Below are positions 49,578 through 62,657 of a DNA stretch of 64,000 nucleotides, piece by piece. Both the position numbers and the translations under genes were made by a program. The stretch comes from Lama glama (taxonomy: Eukaryota), in contig CM052817.1 of assembly GCA_028534125.1 (NCBI GenBank), forward strand, positions 57,662,001 through 57,726,000, given 5' to 3'. The notes beneath the pieces are model-generated. The model had not been told where the DNA came from, did not search any database, and worked only from the letters and a program-made list of their open reading frames with translations. How positions within the stretch are numbered: position 1 is the first letter of the stretch; every line of letters starts with the position of its first letter.

Positions 49578-49913
49578 CTAACTTGTCATGTAACAATCAA
49601 TCCCAAAACATAAAGACAAAGCAGCAACTCTTGATTTAGCTCCTGTATCCTCAAATTAGCAATTTGGGCTATGCTCAGCTGGGTGGTTTTTCTGGGCTAA
49701 TCATGGGTAAATGGTCTGCTGCTGAGTTGGTTGTGGGCTGGTTGAACCAGGGTTGCTTTAGCTGAACTGTCTCCTCTCTTCAGTGGGCATCCCCTCATTT
49801 CTCTCATCTCCAGAAGCCTCCACCTTTGGATGGGAGGAGCTGAAAATCACATTGAAACGGGCACAGATACAGAAAGGAGTGAGGATTCCGGGTCACTTTT
49901 ACAAACTACCACA
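49578..49913 (-). mobile_element. MaLR LTR (MLT1H-like)
   Basis: gcaatttgggctatgctcagctgggtggtttttctg ... gggcacagatacagaaaggagtgagga...ctaccaca. Confidence 0.7.
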
Positions 49914-50699
49914 CTTGCTTGTTGGCCAAGAAGACTGCAGGTCAACAATGAAAAAACGGATCTTGGTTGAAAGCAACGACTTCGCTAACATGACTTTCAG
50001 GTAAGAGATTATTCATGTGACTCAGGGCGGGTGTGAGGCAGAGAAGTGCCTATACGTTGATTTTGGCTTTGGCAACAGATGTTACTTCTAAATTACGTGT
50101 TGTTTTGTTGTTACTGTTTTATTGAGGGAAACTAAGAAATACTTTAAAATGTGGCAGTGTACAACTCAATGCTTCAGTCAGCATTTAAAAAGAATTTCCT
50201 TGAAGCAAGAGAAAAACACAAGAGAGCAACACGTAGACAGCCGAGATTGTTTTACTCAATTTGCTTCTTGTTGAAAATCTGTCAAGTCTGTGATTCTTTG
50301 ACATGGTACTTGTTTCTGGTATATAATGAAATTGTTGCTTTAGTCTACTGTATTCTCCTCTATTATTATTTTGTTCAAACAGGATACTTGCTAAGTTGAA
50401 CCATGAAATGAATTGTATTGAACATCAACAACAAAAATGTGCTGGGTGTCATTTGACTGTTCATTTCTGTTCAGTTCTTTTTACAGTTATTATTTTGATA
50501 ATGTCATTTTTTCATTAGATATCATAGAGGAAGACAATGAAGCTGAGTTAAATTGGCATGGCTTAATAAAGGAGTCATCAGTGAGAGTAAAAGCAGTGGG
50601 CACTGTATAGATCTCCTAGTTTTACTCTTTTACAATGCAATATTTGTTAACTGTTCTCCATATATTAATGATATGATGTCCAAGGATTAGTCTTTAGCC

Positions 50700-52085
50700 T
50701 GAAAACATTTGAACATGACTGAAGCAGGTAAAGGAGTAAGCTAAGCAAATATCAGTGGAAGAAAATCCCAGCAGCTGAAAAGATTGAGTTAGGCAGGTTC
50801 TTTGCATTCTCTGAGAAAAACAACCTGATCACTGTGGCTGGAGAAAATTGAGTTGAGGAAAAAAAGGAGGTGGGATCAAAGAGGCAAGGGTTGCGGGGTT
50901 GGGAGACGGGTCACATAGGTGTTACAGGCTGCTGTAATGAATTTGACTTTTACTCTGAGATATGGGAAGCCAATGATAGGATTTTGAGCAGAATGTTGGA
51001 ATGATTTGTTTTTCTTTATAAAAGGATCACTTGCTTGCTTTGTCAGAATAGAACATGTGTGTTGCAGAGTGGCAGTGGATGGACAGCTATATAATGGAAG
51101 CTGGGGAACACACTCGGAAGTGTTCTCTTTTGTTGTAAATCCATTCCTTGTCTTTCCTTGATCAGATCTGTATATTAGAGGTGTATACTCCTTGTAAATG
51201 TATTTCTTAGGCTCCTTTGTGAAAAGGTTTCAGGCTGAATTTGATCAAGGATAAACACTGTCATGAAGTTAAAGGCAGGAAGAAGGGAGAACCAAGCTCC
51301 CTCTCTCTTCGCTTTGGGTTGTACCTCTAGTGGCTGCTACACGTGTCCCATGGCTAGTCCTGGCTGGACAGACCTATTCTGGTTGCCACTTCGGTCTTGG
51401 CTCTTGGGTTCCAGGAACACTGACTCTAGGGTTAGAGTAGCAGCTGCCTGTAGTAATTGATATCCAGATTAGTTTAACTCTTCTAATTGTTCTTCCAGAT
51501 ATTCTAACACTTTGGTAAATAGCTTCTATTAATTCTGCAAAGTAGGTTCTGTTATTCCACTGGACTTTGACTAACAGGGTGGGACATTACATTAGTCTAG
51601 GCTAAAGATGATGGTGGCTCCAAAAAGGGTGGTAGCAATGGAAGTGATGAGGAGTCATCAGATCCAAGATACATTTTGTTGGTTGAGTCAACAAGATTTC
51701 TAATAGAGACTATGAGTGTTACGAGACAAATACAGAGTCAAAATGACTTGTGCTTTTTCCTGAGAAATTAAAAATAGTATTTCCACTAAGATGAGGAAGA
51801 TATAGGTAAAGTAAGAGTACTGTGGAGGAAATCAGGAATTCAGTTTCGGACACGCTGTGTTTGAGAGCTCTCTTACATACCCCATTGGAGATGTCAAATT
51901 TTCAGATATATATATATATCTGCATCTGGTGTTCAGAAGAGGGGTCCAAACTGGAGATATAAATTTGGAAATCAACAGCTTTTATAGTTATCCATGCAAA
52001 GTTACAAGACTAGAGGAGATCATCCAGAAAATGAACATATATAAAAAAAGAGAAAGCTAGGAAAAGTGAATCAGAGCCCCATGTA
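50700..52085 (-). mobile_element. L2 (L2a-like), split by an LTR33-like insertion
   Basis: gacttttactctgagatatgggaagccaatg...ggattttgagcaga and aagatgatggtggctcc...gggtggtagcaatggaagtgatgag. Confidence 0.85.
51089..51576 (+). mobile_element. ERVL LTR (LTR33-like)
   Basis: atggaagctgg start, aggcaggaagaagggagaa, ctctagggttagagtagcagctgcctg, and end ctggactttgactaaca. Confidence 0.65.
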
Positions 52086-52117
52086 CCACACATTTTATCA
52101 TTTAAATTTTTATAAAT

Positions 52118-52817
52118 GAGTGCTTCCCAATACAGCCTCCTACAATGATGGAAATGCTCTATATCTGCACTATCTGGTACAGTATCTGTATTTGTTTTTG
52201 ATTTCCACCATAACAAATGATCTCACAGTAGGTGGCTTAAACAATACACACTTAATACCTTGAAGTTCTATAGGTCAGAAGTCCAACATGGTCTCCCTGG
52301 ACTAAAATCAAAGTGCTGGCAGAGTTACTTTCCTTTCTGGAGGCTCTAATGGAGAATCCACCTGTTCTGACTTCTAGAGACCAGCTGTATCCCTTGGCTC
52401 AGTCCCTTCCTGCAACTTCAAAGCCAGTAAGGCCTGTTGATTACTTCTCACATCTTATTACTCTGATCTTTTCTTCCACCTCCTGCTTCTACTTTTAAAG
52501 AGCTTTGTGATTACATTAGGCCCACCTGGATAATCCAGGCTAATATCCCTACCTCGATGTCTTGAACCTCAATCACATTGGCAGAATCCCTTTTGTAAGG
52601 TAACATTCATAGGTTCTGGGGATTGGGGTGTAGACTGAACTTTGTGGGGCGGTTATTCATCCTACCAGTGTGGCCGCCATCACTATATTGTAGCTGGGTG
52701 CTTGAAATATGACTAGTGCAGCTGAAAACAAGATATTTTTAACTTTAATTTTAGTTCACTTAAATTAGAGTTTAAATACCCACATGTGGATAGTGGCTGC
52801 CTTATTGGATAGCACAG
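52118..52817 (+). mobile_element. MER3-like hAT MITE split by an MLT1D LTR
   Basis: atgatggaaatgctctatatctgcac (left part) and cacatgtggatagtggctgccttattggatagcacag (right part). Confidence 0.8.
52187..52669 (-). mobile_element. MaLR solo LTR (MLT1D-like)
   Basis: ggtcagaagtccaacatggtctccctggactaaaatcaa...tgattacattaggcccacctggataatccagg; degenerate TSD gtatc/gtggc. Confidence 0.88.
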
Positions 52818-53204
52818 ATCTAGAGGAATAGGAGAGGGAATAGAATAGTGTAGTAATACAGATCAGCATGAAGAGCTAAATATGATTCATAGTAATGAAT
52901 TTTAAGTAAGGCTTTAGCATTGTTGTGAGTATTTCTACATCCATTGTTCAGCTCATGACAGCCATACACTTGGCTTGAGGAAACATTATCAGAAAAGTAA
53001 TTATATCCCAGGGAAGAGAAAAATTTTGGATTCAAGAAACAGTGATGAGCCAAGGGGCCAGAAAAATGTTCACTTAACTCTAAGTAATTATTGAGGCTGC
53101 CACTCCAAAATTTAACACAATTCTTAAAACAGGATTGACAAAACTTAAGATCCATAATGTAATAAACAATTATAATATTTATCAAAATTAAATGATTAAT
53201 TCTT

Positions 53205-54081
53205 TTTTCCTTTTTTATTGAAGTATAGTTGGTTTACAAGGTTGTGTTAGTTTCTGGTATACAGCATAGTGATTCACTTACATATTTTATATATATATAT
53301 ATATTCCTTTTCATATTCTTTTTCATTATAGGCTATTATAAAGTATTGACTGTAGTTCCCTGTGCTATACAGTAGGACCTTGTTATTTATTTTATGTATA
53401 GTAGTTAGTATCTGAAAATCCCAAACTCCCAGTTTATCCCTCCCTCCCTCCCCTCCCCTTTCCCTTCTGGTAACCATGTTTGTTTTCTATGTCTGTGAGT
53501 CTGTTTCTATTTTGTAAGTAAGTTCAATTTGTGTCATTTTTCAGATTCCACATATAAGTGATATCATATGGTATTTTTCTTTCTCTCTCTGTCTTACTTC
53601 ACTTAGTATGACAATCTCTATGTCTGCGCATGTTGCTGCAAATGGTATTATTTTATTCTTGTTTTATGGCTGAGTGGTATTCCATTGTATAAATATACCA
53701 CAATTTCTTTATCCAGTCATCTGTCAGTGGACATTTAGCTTGCTTCCATGTCTTGGCTATTGTAAATAGTGCTGCTATGAACAATGGGATGCATGTATCT
53801 TTTTGAATTGGAGTTTTCTCTGGATATATGCCCAGGAATGGGATTGCTGGATCATATGGTAAATTCATTTTTAGTTTTTTAAAGAACCTCCATACTGTTT
53901 TCCATAGTGGCTGCACCAAATTACATTCCCACCAACAGTGTAGGAGGGTTCCCTTTTCTCCACAGCATCTCCAGCATTTAGTTTTTGGACTTTTGAATGA
54001 TGGCCATTCTGACTGTTGTGAGGTGGTACTTTGTTGTAGTTTTGATTTGCATTTCTCTGATAATTAGAAATACTGAGCATC
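53205..54081 (-). mobile_element. 5'-truncated L1 with perfect 15-bp TSD
   Basis: ORF2 peptide [47 protein letters not shown] at both 53190-53204 and 54082-54096. Confidence 0.97.
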
Positions 54082-55199
54082 AAATGATTAATTCTTGACA
54101 TTGATAGAAAAAATGCATTGAAATATTTTGAATATTTTGTTCCAAATTTAAGGGCAACTAATCAAATAATAGAAATAAAATATAGAATATACAATTCATT
54201 AGGGAGAAAGAAGTAACAAAGTTAGATTAAATGCAAAAAAGTGATATTAAAATGACATTTAAAAACATGAACAACAGAAAACTTAACACAAGGTGGCAGC
54301 AAAAAGTTTAAACATATTGATTAGATAAATTCCCCATCAAAGACAAAGAGTATAATTAGCTGTTTTTAAGAGCCATATTTAAATGACACACAAAGGTAGA
54401 AATTAAGCAGAGAAATCAGAAGGCAGAAAATGGAAAGAAAGAAATTTTAGCAGATGTGGGAACCATTAGAGTCTTCCCAGGAGAGTTTTGAATTCACAGT
54501 GCCTATGGGGCTCAAAATGGCCCCAATACAAATTTAATTTGGCATAGTCCCTAATTAGTAGTTCCCCAAGATGGTAGAAACAAATACAAATCCTTTTTTT
54601 TTTTTTTTTTGAGGTGGAGTGCAGTGTGCCTGGCTGCTACCTGCCCATGAATTTTCTAAAATAAAGCCTAAAAATTCACATGCCTTCCTAGGCACCCAGA
54701 GGTTGCTTGTTTTCCTTTCAAAAAAAAAAAAAAAGACACTTAGAGAAACAGATACACATAAAGACAATAGAATCCTGTGCCAGTGTCAGTATTAATCAAA
54801 TTATTTTTCCCTTTATAATGAAGAAAAAAAATGACCACCAGACACTAGCAAAAAATCAATAGCACAAAAAAGAAACACAACCAGATAATAACTTTTAGTA
54901 AAAATTCTCTAACAGGCCGAATAATTTTGAGGAAGTGTTGTTAAAAATACATTTTTTAAAACAACAACACAAAGGTAATAAAAACTACTAGGAAAAAACC
55001 AAAAAGCCACACAAAGAATGGTTCTAATATTAAGCGAAGTGTGAAATGTGGCCTGATTTTGACTTGTCAAAGGAGTATAAGAATAAAGAATAAGAATAAA
55101 AAAATCCATTTGAGCTTGATATTTTTAGAGTCATGGGGGTCATGGCATTAGACCTATTGAGAAGGAAAGTTAAATTCTAGTATACTACTTGGCTCAGGA

Positions 55200-55720
55200 G
55201 TGAACAAAGATATAATAGTGAAATTACAGTTTGTTGAATTTGAATATTTTGCTTAAATTTTTGATGAAGCACATATAACTTAAATGTAATATTATTGTCC
55301 TTTAACATTATAATAATGGAGGTATCTACATGGAAGTTTGAGATGAGAAGAAAATTAAATGATAGGATTAGTAATATCTTCCCATTACACAGAGGGTAGT
55401 TTAGATCCTTGTCTAAAGTTATTGTTATAAGAAAGATTGGCTTAGGAAGTTTTTTTTAATTACTAAGGTAACCACAGAGGAGTTAAAAATATCCAGTGTG
55501 AAAGGACAAAGTCAAGAATAGACAGTGGATAATGTGAGCAAATACTAATCTTTCAAAGGGAGGAAACAATAGATAATGCCTAAAGTTGTTAATCCATAAA
55601 ACAGAGATATAATTATTTTATTCAGCGTTAAAGAGATAGCCACCAGAATAGCACAAAATAGAAGTAGAAAAAGTAGTTACCTCTGGGAAATGTAATTATA
55701 GATGTTATAATGTTTAATAC
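55200..55720 (+). mobile_element. HAL1-like (half-L1) 3' region
   Basis: Two diverged copies of gat...gtctaaagtt...aggtaaccac, then aagtagttacctctggg. Confidence 0.55.
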
Positions 55721-55879
55721 TGTCAAAATCTGCTTTTAAGAAAGAGGAGATATAAAGAGAGCAACTTTTTATTTGAAATTTGTATCCTTGGAGAATGCCA
55801 TGAAATTACTGTATCCAGAAAAGAATAATAGCTACTATTTGAAAAGAGCTTTTTGAAAGTTAAAAGTTTCTTAGCTTTC

Positions 55880-56345
55880 TAAAATGTTTTTTTTTTTCAG
55901 TTTTGATTTTCTCTTTCAGTGTTACTTGAGTATTTCAAATTAGGTAGGTTTATTTATTTAATTACTTTTTCTGTCTTTTCCTCGTTAAACTAGAGTTTTA
56001 TTGTGCTCAGAAAATGTAATGCATTGAAATTCCACTTTTGAGAATTTTTAGAGATTTTCTTATTAGCTAAAGAGTTTTTTATAACTATTCATGACATTTA
56101 AAAAATGTAAATTATTTTTTGTAAGGGTAAAGATTTCTGAAACTTAGCTCTGTTACAATACTGTATAATACTGTAATAATATACTATTGTAGGCTATGTG
56201 TAATTACTTATGGGAGTGATACGTTAAAGTTTTGACCCTTGTAGTTTTGTATATTCTTCCCTCTACGTTTATATGTTTCAAAGGCATGTTGTTTGCAACA
56301 CAAAGACCCATAACTATTTCCTGTTTAATCAAAATAAAATATCTA
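55880..56345 (-). mobile_element. Old L1 ORF2 endonuclease-region fragment
   Basis: tagagttttattgtgctcagaaaatgt...ttttgagaattttagagatt. Confidence 0.55.
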
Positions 56346-56359
56346 TTCAGCTATTAATA

Positions 56360-57762
56360 AATTTTTTTCCATATTTAAAGACAATTTTGAGTAGTTTTAA
56401 GTTCACAGCAAAACTAAAAATAAAATATAGCATTCCCATATACTCCCTGCCCCCACACATGCATAGCTTCCTCATTATCAGCATCCCCCATCAAAGAAGT
56501 ACATTTATTGTCACTGATGAACCTATGTTGACACATCAGAATCGTCCTGAGACCATGGTTTACATCAAGGTTCACTGTTGGTGTTGTACATTCCATGGGT
56601 TTGAACAAATGTAGAATGACACGTGTATAGCCTTGTAGTATCATATGGAGTATTTTCATTTCCCTAAAAATCCTTTATGCTACACCTGTTCATCCCTCTT
56701 TCTCCACAACCTCTGGCAACTGCTGATATTTTTTACTGATTCCACAGTTTAGCCTTTTCCACAATGTCATGTGGTTAGAATCCAAAATCCCTTTTCAGAT
56801 TGGCTTCTTTCACTTAGTAATATTCATTTAAAATGTCTTTTCATGGCTTGATAGATCATTTCTTTTAGGTGCCTAATAGTATTCCATTGTCTGGATGTAC
56901 CGCAGTTTATTTACCCATTTACCTACTGAAGGCTGTTTTGATTGTTTCCAAGTTTTGGCAATTAGGAATGAAGTTGCTATAAATATTTCATGTGCAGGTT
57001 TTTGTGTGGACATAAGTTTTCAACTCCTTTGAGTAAACACCAAGGAGCCTGATTACTGGATCATATGGTAAGAGTATGTTTAATTTTGTAAGAAATGGCC
57101 AAACTGTCTTCCAAAGTGGCTGTATTCTTTTTCATTTCCGCCAGTAATGAATGAGAATTCCTGTTGATCCACATCTTTGGCAGCATTTAATTTTGTCAGT
57201 GTTCTAGATATTGGCCATTCCGATAGGTGTGTAGTGGTATCTTGTCTTAATTTGCATTTCCTTGATGATATATGATGCGGAGTACCTTTTCAGATGCTTA
57301 TTTGTCATCTGTATATCTTCTTTAGTGAGGTGTCTGTTAAAGTCTTTGCCCATTTTTTAATGTTTGTTTGTTCCTTATTGTTGAGTTTGAAGAGGTTTTT
57401 TTGGTGTGTATTTTGGTTTACAGTACTTTATCAGATATGTATCAGATATCTTTTGCAAATATTTTCTCCCAGCCCATGGCTTGTCTTCTCATTCCCTTGA
57501 CATTATCTTTCACAGAGCAAAAATTTTCAATTTTAATCAAGTCCAGCTTATCCATAATTTCTTTCATGGATCACACATTTGGAGTTATATCTAAATGCCA
57601 TTACTATACCCAAGGTCATCTAGGTTTCTCCTATATTACCTTCTAGGAATTTTATAGTTTTGTGTTTTACCTTTGGGTCCATGATCCATTTCAAGTTAGT
57701 TTTTATAAAACATGTAAGGTCTGTGTCTTTTTTTGTTATTTTGCATGTAGATGTCTAGTTGT
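56360..57762 (-). mobile_element. L1MC1-like 3' portion
   Basis: ttcccatatactccctgcccccacacatgcatagc...gatgaacctatgttgacacatc...aggttcactgttggtgttgtacattc, then antisense ORF2. Confidence 0.92.
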
Positions 57763-57887
57763 TGCCATTAATGTTATCACCTTGAATTTTATTTTATTAA
57801 CTATAAGTGATGGCAATTATACATCCTTTTATTATTCTATATGGCTAGTTATATTTTCCTAATCCTCTGTAATTGTTTTAAAATGAG

Positions 57888-59560
57888 AGGAAGAGGGAGA
57901 AGCATTTACAGAATGGTGGAGCAAAACCCTCCAAACCAATTCTTCATAAAAGAAGCAGGAAACACTAGCAAACTTGTCAAAACCAACTTCTTCAGAACTC
58001 TGAAAACCAATCAAAAGCTTTCAACAATCAAAAAATACTGTATTTCAGAAAAATCACTGAATCTTGGTATAAGCTGTGAACTTCATGGTGTTTCAGATGC
58101 CTCATTCCCTTTACCCTCTAACCTGCTCCGTGGTAGCCTTGAAAAGCAACACACTCAAACTGCAACCAAGGTCGCTGTAAAAACCATTAGCGTAGAAATC
58201 AATGGAGGGGCAAAAATAGACTTGAAAATCCTCAAAATTGCATTGCATTTTACTGTTACCATTTGATTTTTATGGAAGCTACCTGAAAAGCTCCATCATC
58301 AGGTCTTATCTTTACTTGACCTGATTTAAAATTTTCTGAGAATAGCCATATGCCCAAAATATGTGTCTAAAATAATTACTGACAATTGTTTAAAATTACA
58401 GCTTCCTAGAAGGGAAATACCACTTAGGGCTAATTTAAAAAAATTTTTTTAAAGGAAAAACTAGGGAATGAGAGGACTTTAAAGGGCTTTGTAAAGCTCT
58501 CTATATTCCTGCAGGATTGTGAGCATGCCTAGAGAACACCTGAGAAGGCCTGACTTCTACACAGTGATTCTATTCTGTGCCAAACGCCTCTATATTTTTT
58601 AAAAATGTCAATTGATATTAAAAACAAAGATTATTGGAAAGTATTAAAAAAAAAAAAAGGCTGACCTTGAGTCTCTACAATGAAAAACTGAAGGTTAAGA
58701 GAGAGTTGTCAGTTATCTGCTGCAGTGTTGAAGATGTGCCCAAACATAAACACAGCTGCCCTCGCAAAGGCTATAAAACAGATTGGTCAAAGACATTTGA
58801 GAAAATCTTGGTCCAATTATTAGCTGATGACTAAGCTAACCAAAACAGAGAATTAAGTGGCTGCACATAGCAGAGAACACAGATTAACTGAGTTTGTTCA
58901 CGAAAGTCACAAACAAAAGGAAAGTCATAAACAAAGAGGAAAAACAATAAACAGCAATGGCAGCAAATTCTGAGAGTGGAGGGAGTCTGATTTCTCTGAT
59001 TCCCAGAGTTGGGAATAACACAGTATGTTATTTTAAATGTTTCATTGTTCAATAAAATTATGAGACAAAGAAAGAAATAGGATAGAAATATGCCTCATGC
59101 ACAGGGAGGAAAACAGTCAACAGAAACTGCCCTTGAGAAAGGCCAAACATAGGACTTAATAGTCAAAGATTTTAAATCAGCTATTATAAATATCTTCAAG
59201 AACTGAAGGATATTATACCTAGAGAATTAATGGAAAGTATGAGAATGATATCTCAAACCAGAGTATCAATAAAGAGCTAAAAATAACAACATAATTACGT
59301 AGAAATCTGTTACTTAAAAACTAAAATAACATATGAAGAATTTACTAGAGGGACTTAACAAAAGAATTGTAATGGCAGAAAAAAGAATAAGTAAAATTTA
59401 ATAAGATCTTTTGTGATTATCTAGTTTAAGTAACAGAAATCGAAAAAAAATGAATAGAGACCAAGGGACATGTGGGACACCATCAAGTGTACCACATACA
59501 CAAAATGGGACCGAACAGGAGAAGAATAAGAGAAAGAGTTAGAAAGTAAGTTAGGAGAAG
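57888..59560 (+). mobile_element. L1MCa-like 5' UTR and first half of ORF1
   Basis: cagaatggtggagc...cttcataaaag...tgtcaaaaccaacttcttcagaactctg; ORF1 remnant agattttaaatcagctattataaatatcttcaag...tgtgggacaccatcaagtgtacc. Confidence 0.85.
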
Positions 59561-59779
59561 TATTAATAAACATCAAATAGAAACAAACATGCATGAGTAA
59601 TATTACCTATAAATTAATAAAATAAAGACATAAAATATAATAGAAAAATCACAAAATATACAAACAATTTAGCAGATAGTTTAAAGTGACAAATAAACCA
59701 CTTTAAAAGTGTGAAAAAGGAACAACCTTGTGAGTAACAGGAAAATACAAATTAAACCAGATCCTAGTCTGTGTATAAC

Positions 59780-59982
59780 CATGCTGTTCAATATGGTAGG
59801 CACTAGCCACATGTAGCTATTTAAATTTAAAATAATTTGAATAAAATTTAAGATTTGATTCCTTGATTGTGGTAACCAAATTTCAAGTGCTAAATAGCCG
59901 TATGTAGCTAGTGGCTACCATATTAGATAGCACAGTTATAGGACACTTACATAACTGCAGGTAATTCTGTTGGGCAGAGTTG
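59780..59982 (-). mobile_element. MER3-like hAT MITE
   Basis: gctgttcaatatggtaggcactagccacatgtagcta...gctagtggctaccatattagatagcacag internal inverted structure. Confidence 0.85.
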
Positions 59983-59989
59983 ATAAGAT

Positions 59990-60480
59990 TTAAAATGAGG
60001 TGGTGGGAAAGGGACCCTGCCTTACTACTGGTGGGGGTATAAATGTGTCTAGTCGTTGTGGAGAGAAAGGTGGCAGTATCTATCAAAGTTAAAAATTGAT
60101 AAAGAACATTATATTTTTAAGAAACGACATGATAATCATATTTTACATATATAGAAATAATATAGTAAAAGGATACTCATACCATTATGTTTGTAATAGC
60201 AAGTAATTGACAATACCCTAACTATCATAAAAATTTAATCTGTATAACCTACTAGGTGAAAAGACAAGTCACAAAACAATATAAATGATGATAAAGTGTG
60301 TGTGTGCATGCAGGTACATGTCTGTGTAAGGTCTGTAGGTATGTGTAACTGAAAAGAAATTGGCTTTTAAGGATACACAGTAAACTTTTATAATGCTCAA
60401 ACTTAGATGGAAAAGTTTAATAGAGGCTATCATGTTTTTCTCTTTATCTGAGATGTTAGAGTTTTATTCTTTTTATGATT
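59990..60480 (+). mobile_element. L1ME4-like 3' fragments
   Basis: gaggtggtgggaaaggga...actggtggggtataaat...ggcagtatctatcaaagttaaaaa. Confidence 0.55.
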
Positions 60481-62033
60481 TAAAAAAGGGGTGGGAAGTG
60501 TAAAGAAGCAAGGTAGTGGTAGAAACAGTGCCCTAAGTATTTTTTCCACCATTGTGGAGATTTCATTCATATCAGGGAAATGGTGTTTGGTAAACATTGC
60601 CACATATGCTAAGAAATTATGTTATGTCATGCAGCCTTTGTCCTCAAACATGGTTGCATTTAGATGTGGAATTCTCAATAGTAAGGAATTGCACATACTT
60701 GGGAAAGAACATAAAAGAATGCTTTCGTATTTTCTACTGCAGTACTAGACAGTGAGTTGAAATAGAATTCACTCATGGGCTTGATTATAGCTGTACCAAA
60801 ACAGCCACAGAATGAACTACCAGGCTGGTCTTCATCTCTAACTGCTGGGCAGTGCTGTTAGCTCTAACCCTGATTCATCTCTTTAGGGCTCAAGATAACA
60901 TATCCCCTTATACAGAACTCTTCTAGTACACAGCCAAAAGAACGGAAGAGAAATTTGAATAATTATTTTTGTAGAAGTGAAAAGTATACACAAATTATTC
61001 TAGCTGGAACTTTTAAGTCAACTTGTTGAAAAAGAGATTTTGTTTTAACATCAGAGCTCACAGTTAAGGCATTAAAAATATCTGGTTCTCCTTTAATATA
61101 CACAAATGGTTTCTGGTGGGAAAATGTTTAAATCTTGTACCTCTTTATCACTTTGCACATTAATTTCAATAATTTTAGCATGTTTCTGATTTAAGAGTCA
61201 CACCTAATATTTGTGATGACACTTATTTTACTATATACATGGTATTTTTATATTTCTCCAATTCCCTTTGATATTCTTTAGGAAAATATTATCTGTGTAT
61301 TTTTAATGTCATTATGTTGATGATAAATACATTGATGCTAAATACTTACATTGAATGAAACAGTAAAATAGTAGAATGTATTTCTAAGACATCCTTCACA
61401 TAAGCCTTTTCCATACTTCTCTCCTTATTTTGATTTACTGCTTTTTCCACATACACACCCTTAACTCAGACCTGCTACTGCACTAAGATTCCCATCACCA
61501 TGGCCCATGAAGACCAGCCTTTCCTGATCATGACTTAATGTTCCTTCCAACAGAATTTAATTATAATGTGCTTTATAACCTCAGGATGTTGGCTTCAGCT
61601 AGTTTTCTGTTAGAAAACAACATAAAACATTGGTGGTTACAAAAAAAAAACCTTTCTGATATGCTTATATCTAGATGTAGCAAATGTAAATAAAAACAAT
61701 GGGAAACTTATAGAAAGAGAAGCCAGTCAAAGATGTAGTGTTTTGAGGGAGAGTTTGCTGGGGTCGTGTAAGACATATTACACAAAAGCCCTTCTTGGCC
61801 CTGAATAATGTTTCAAATTAAGTATTAAAATTAATACATCCAATTTGTTTTATTTGTAAATGTTGCATCTTTCTCATTCATTATATTCCAACAAAAGAGG
61901 GGATGAATATGTTACTAGCTATAGCATTATTTTTGTCCTATAAGACTTGATGCGGACAACCTGTCAAAGGCATTTCTGCCACAGAGCAGCAACAGAAGAC
62001 TGATACCAGAACTCCTAAGTTCTGATTACTTAC

Positions 62034-62081
62034 TCAAGCTTGTATCCAAGATTTCAAGGTTATTTGCCAAAAGACGCTTTC
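62034..62081 (-). other. Candidate 48-nt symmetric exon (unverified)
   Basis: Minus strand catgttgtgctttAG | GAAAGCGT...AGCTTGA | GTAAGTA; fully open only in phase 1. Confidence 0.2.
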
Positions 62082-62476
62082 CTAAAGCACAACATGAAGG
62101 GATTTTATGAAATTCTCTAATAGTACTAAGGATCACAAAGACTGTTCAGAAAAAATAGTCATCTCTATAAAAGTCTGTAGATACAAATACAGCAACCCCA
62201 GAATTAGAACAGTAAAGAATACTTAGATGTTAAGGAGTCCTCTTCAAAAATACACTTAGATTTGTGTAATAAACCCAACCTGGAGCGGGGACCCTAAGCA
62301 TGTTTTGCTGGTTCTGTTAATAATTAGTTAAGTGTTGCCCAGGTCACTTACTTAACTGCATTGGGCTTCCTTACATCATTTGTGAAATGATGGGGAATGA
62401 ATAATTGCATTTTTAGCTTCCCCCAGCTATGCCACTCTATTAATTGAGGTTATCCTCCCTCTCACTAACTAGAGAC

Positions 62477-62657
62477 TTTTTAAAATTAAGCTTTTTGTTT
62501 TGAGATAATTGTGGAGTCACACATAGTTGTGAGAAGTAACACAGAGAGATTCCATGTGCTCTTTACCCAGTGTCTTCCAAAGACAATATCTCATAAAAAT
62601 AGAGTACACTGTTACAAGTGGACTAGTTACATTGATTCAGGTAAAATATAGAACAGC
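62477..62657 (-). mobile_element. L1MD/L1MC3-type 3' end fragment
   Basis: ttttgagataattgtggagtcacacatagttgtgagaagtaacacagagagattccatgtgctctttacccag. Confidence 0.8.

Noticed and set aside
54594..54733. T17 followed by gaggtggagtgcagtg (Alu-like), and a downstream A14
   Set aside because: Only a few bases resemble Alu and there is no Alu body. The T-run/A-run pairing is low-complexity.
15900..62081. Chaining the minus-strand exon candidates into one open reading frame
   Set aside because: The phases can be made compatible, but I picked the exons by eye, they span two gaps of uncertain orientation, and the peptide resembles nothing I know.
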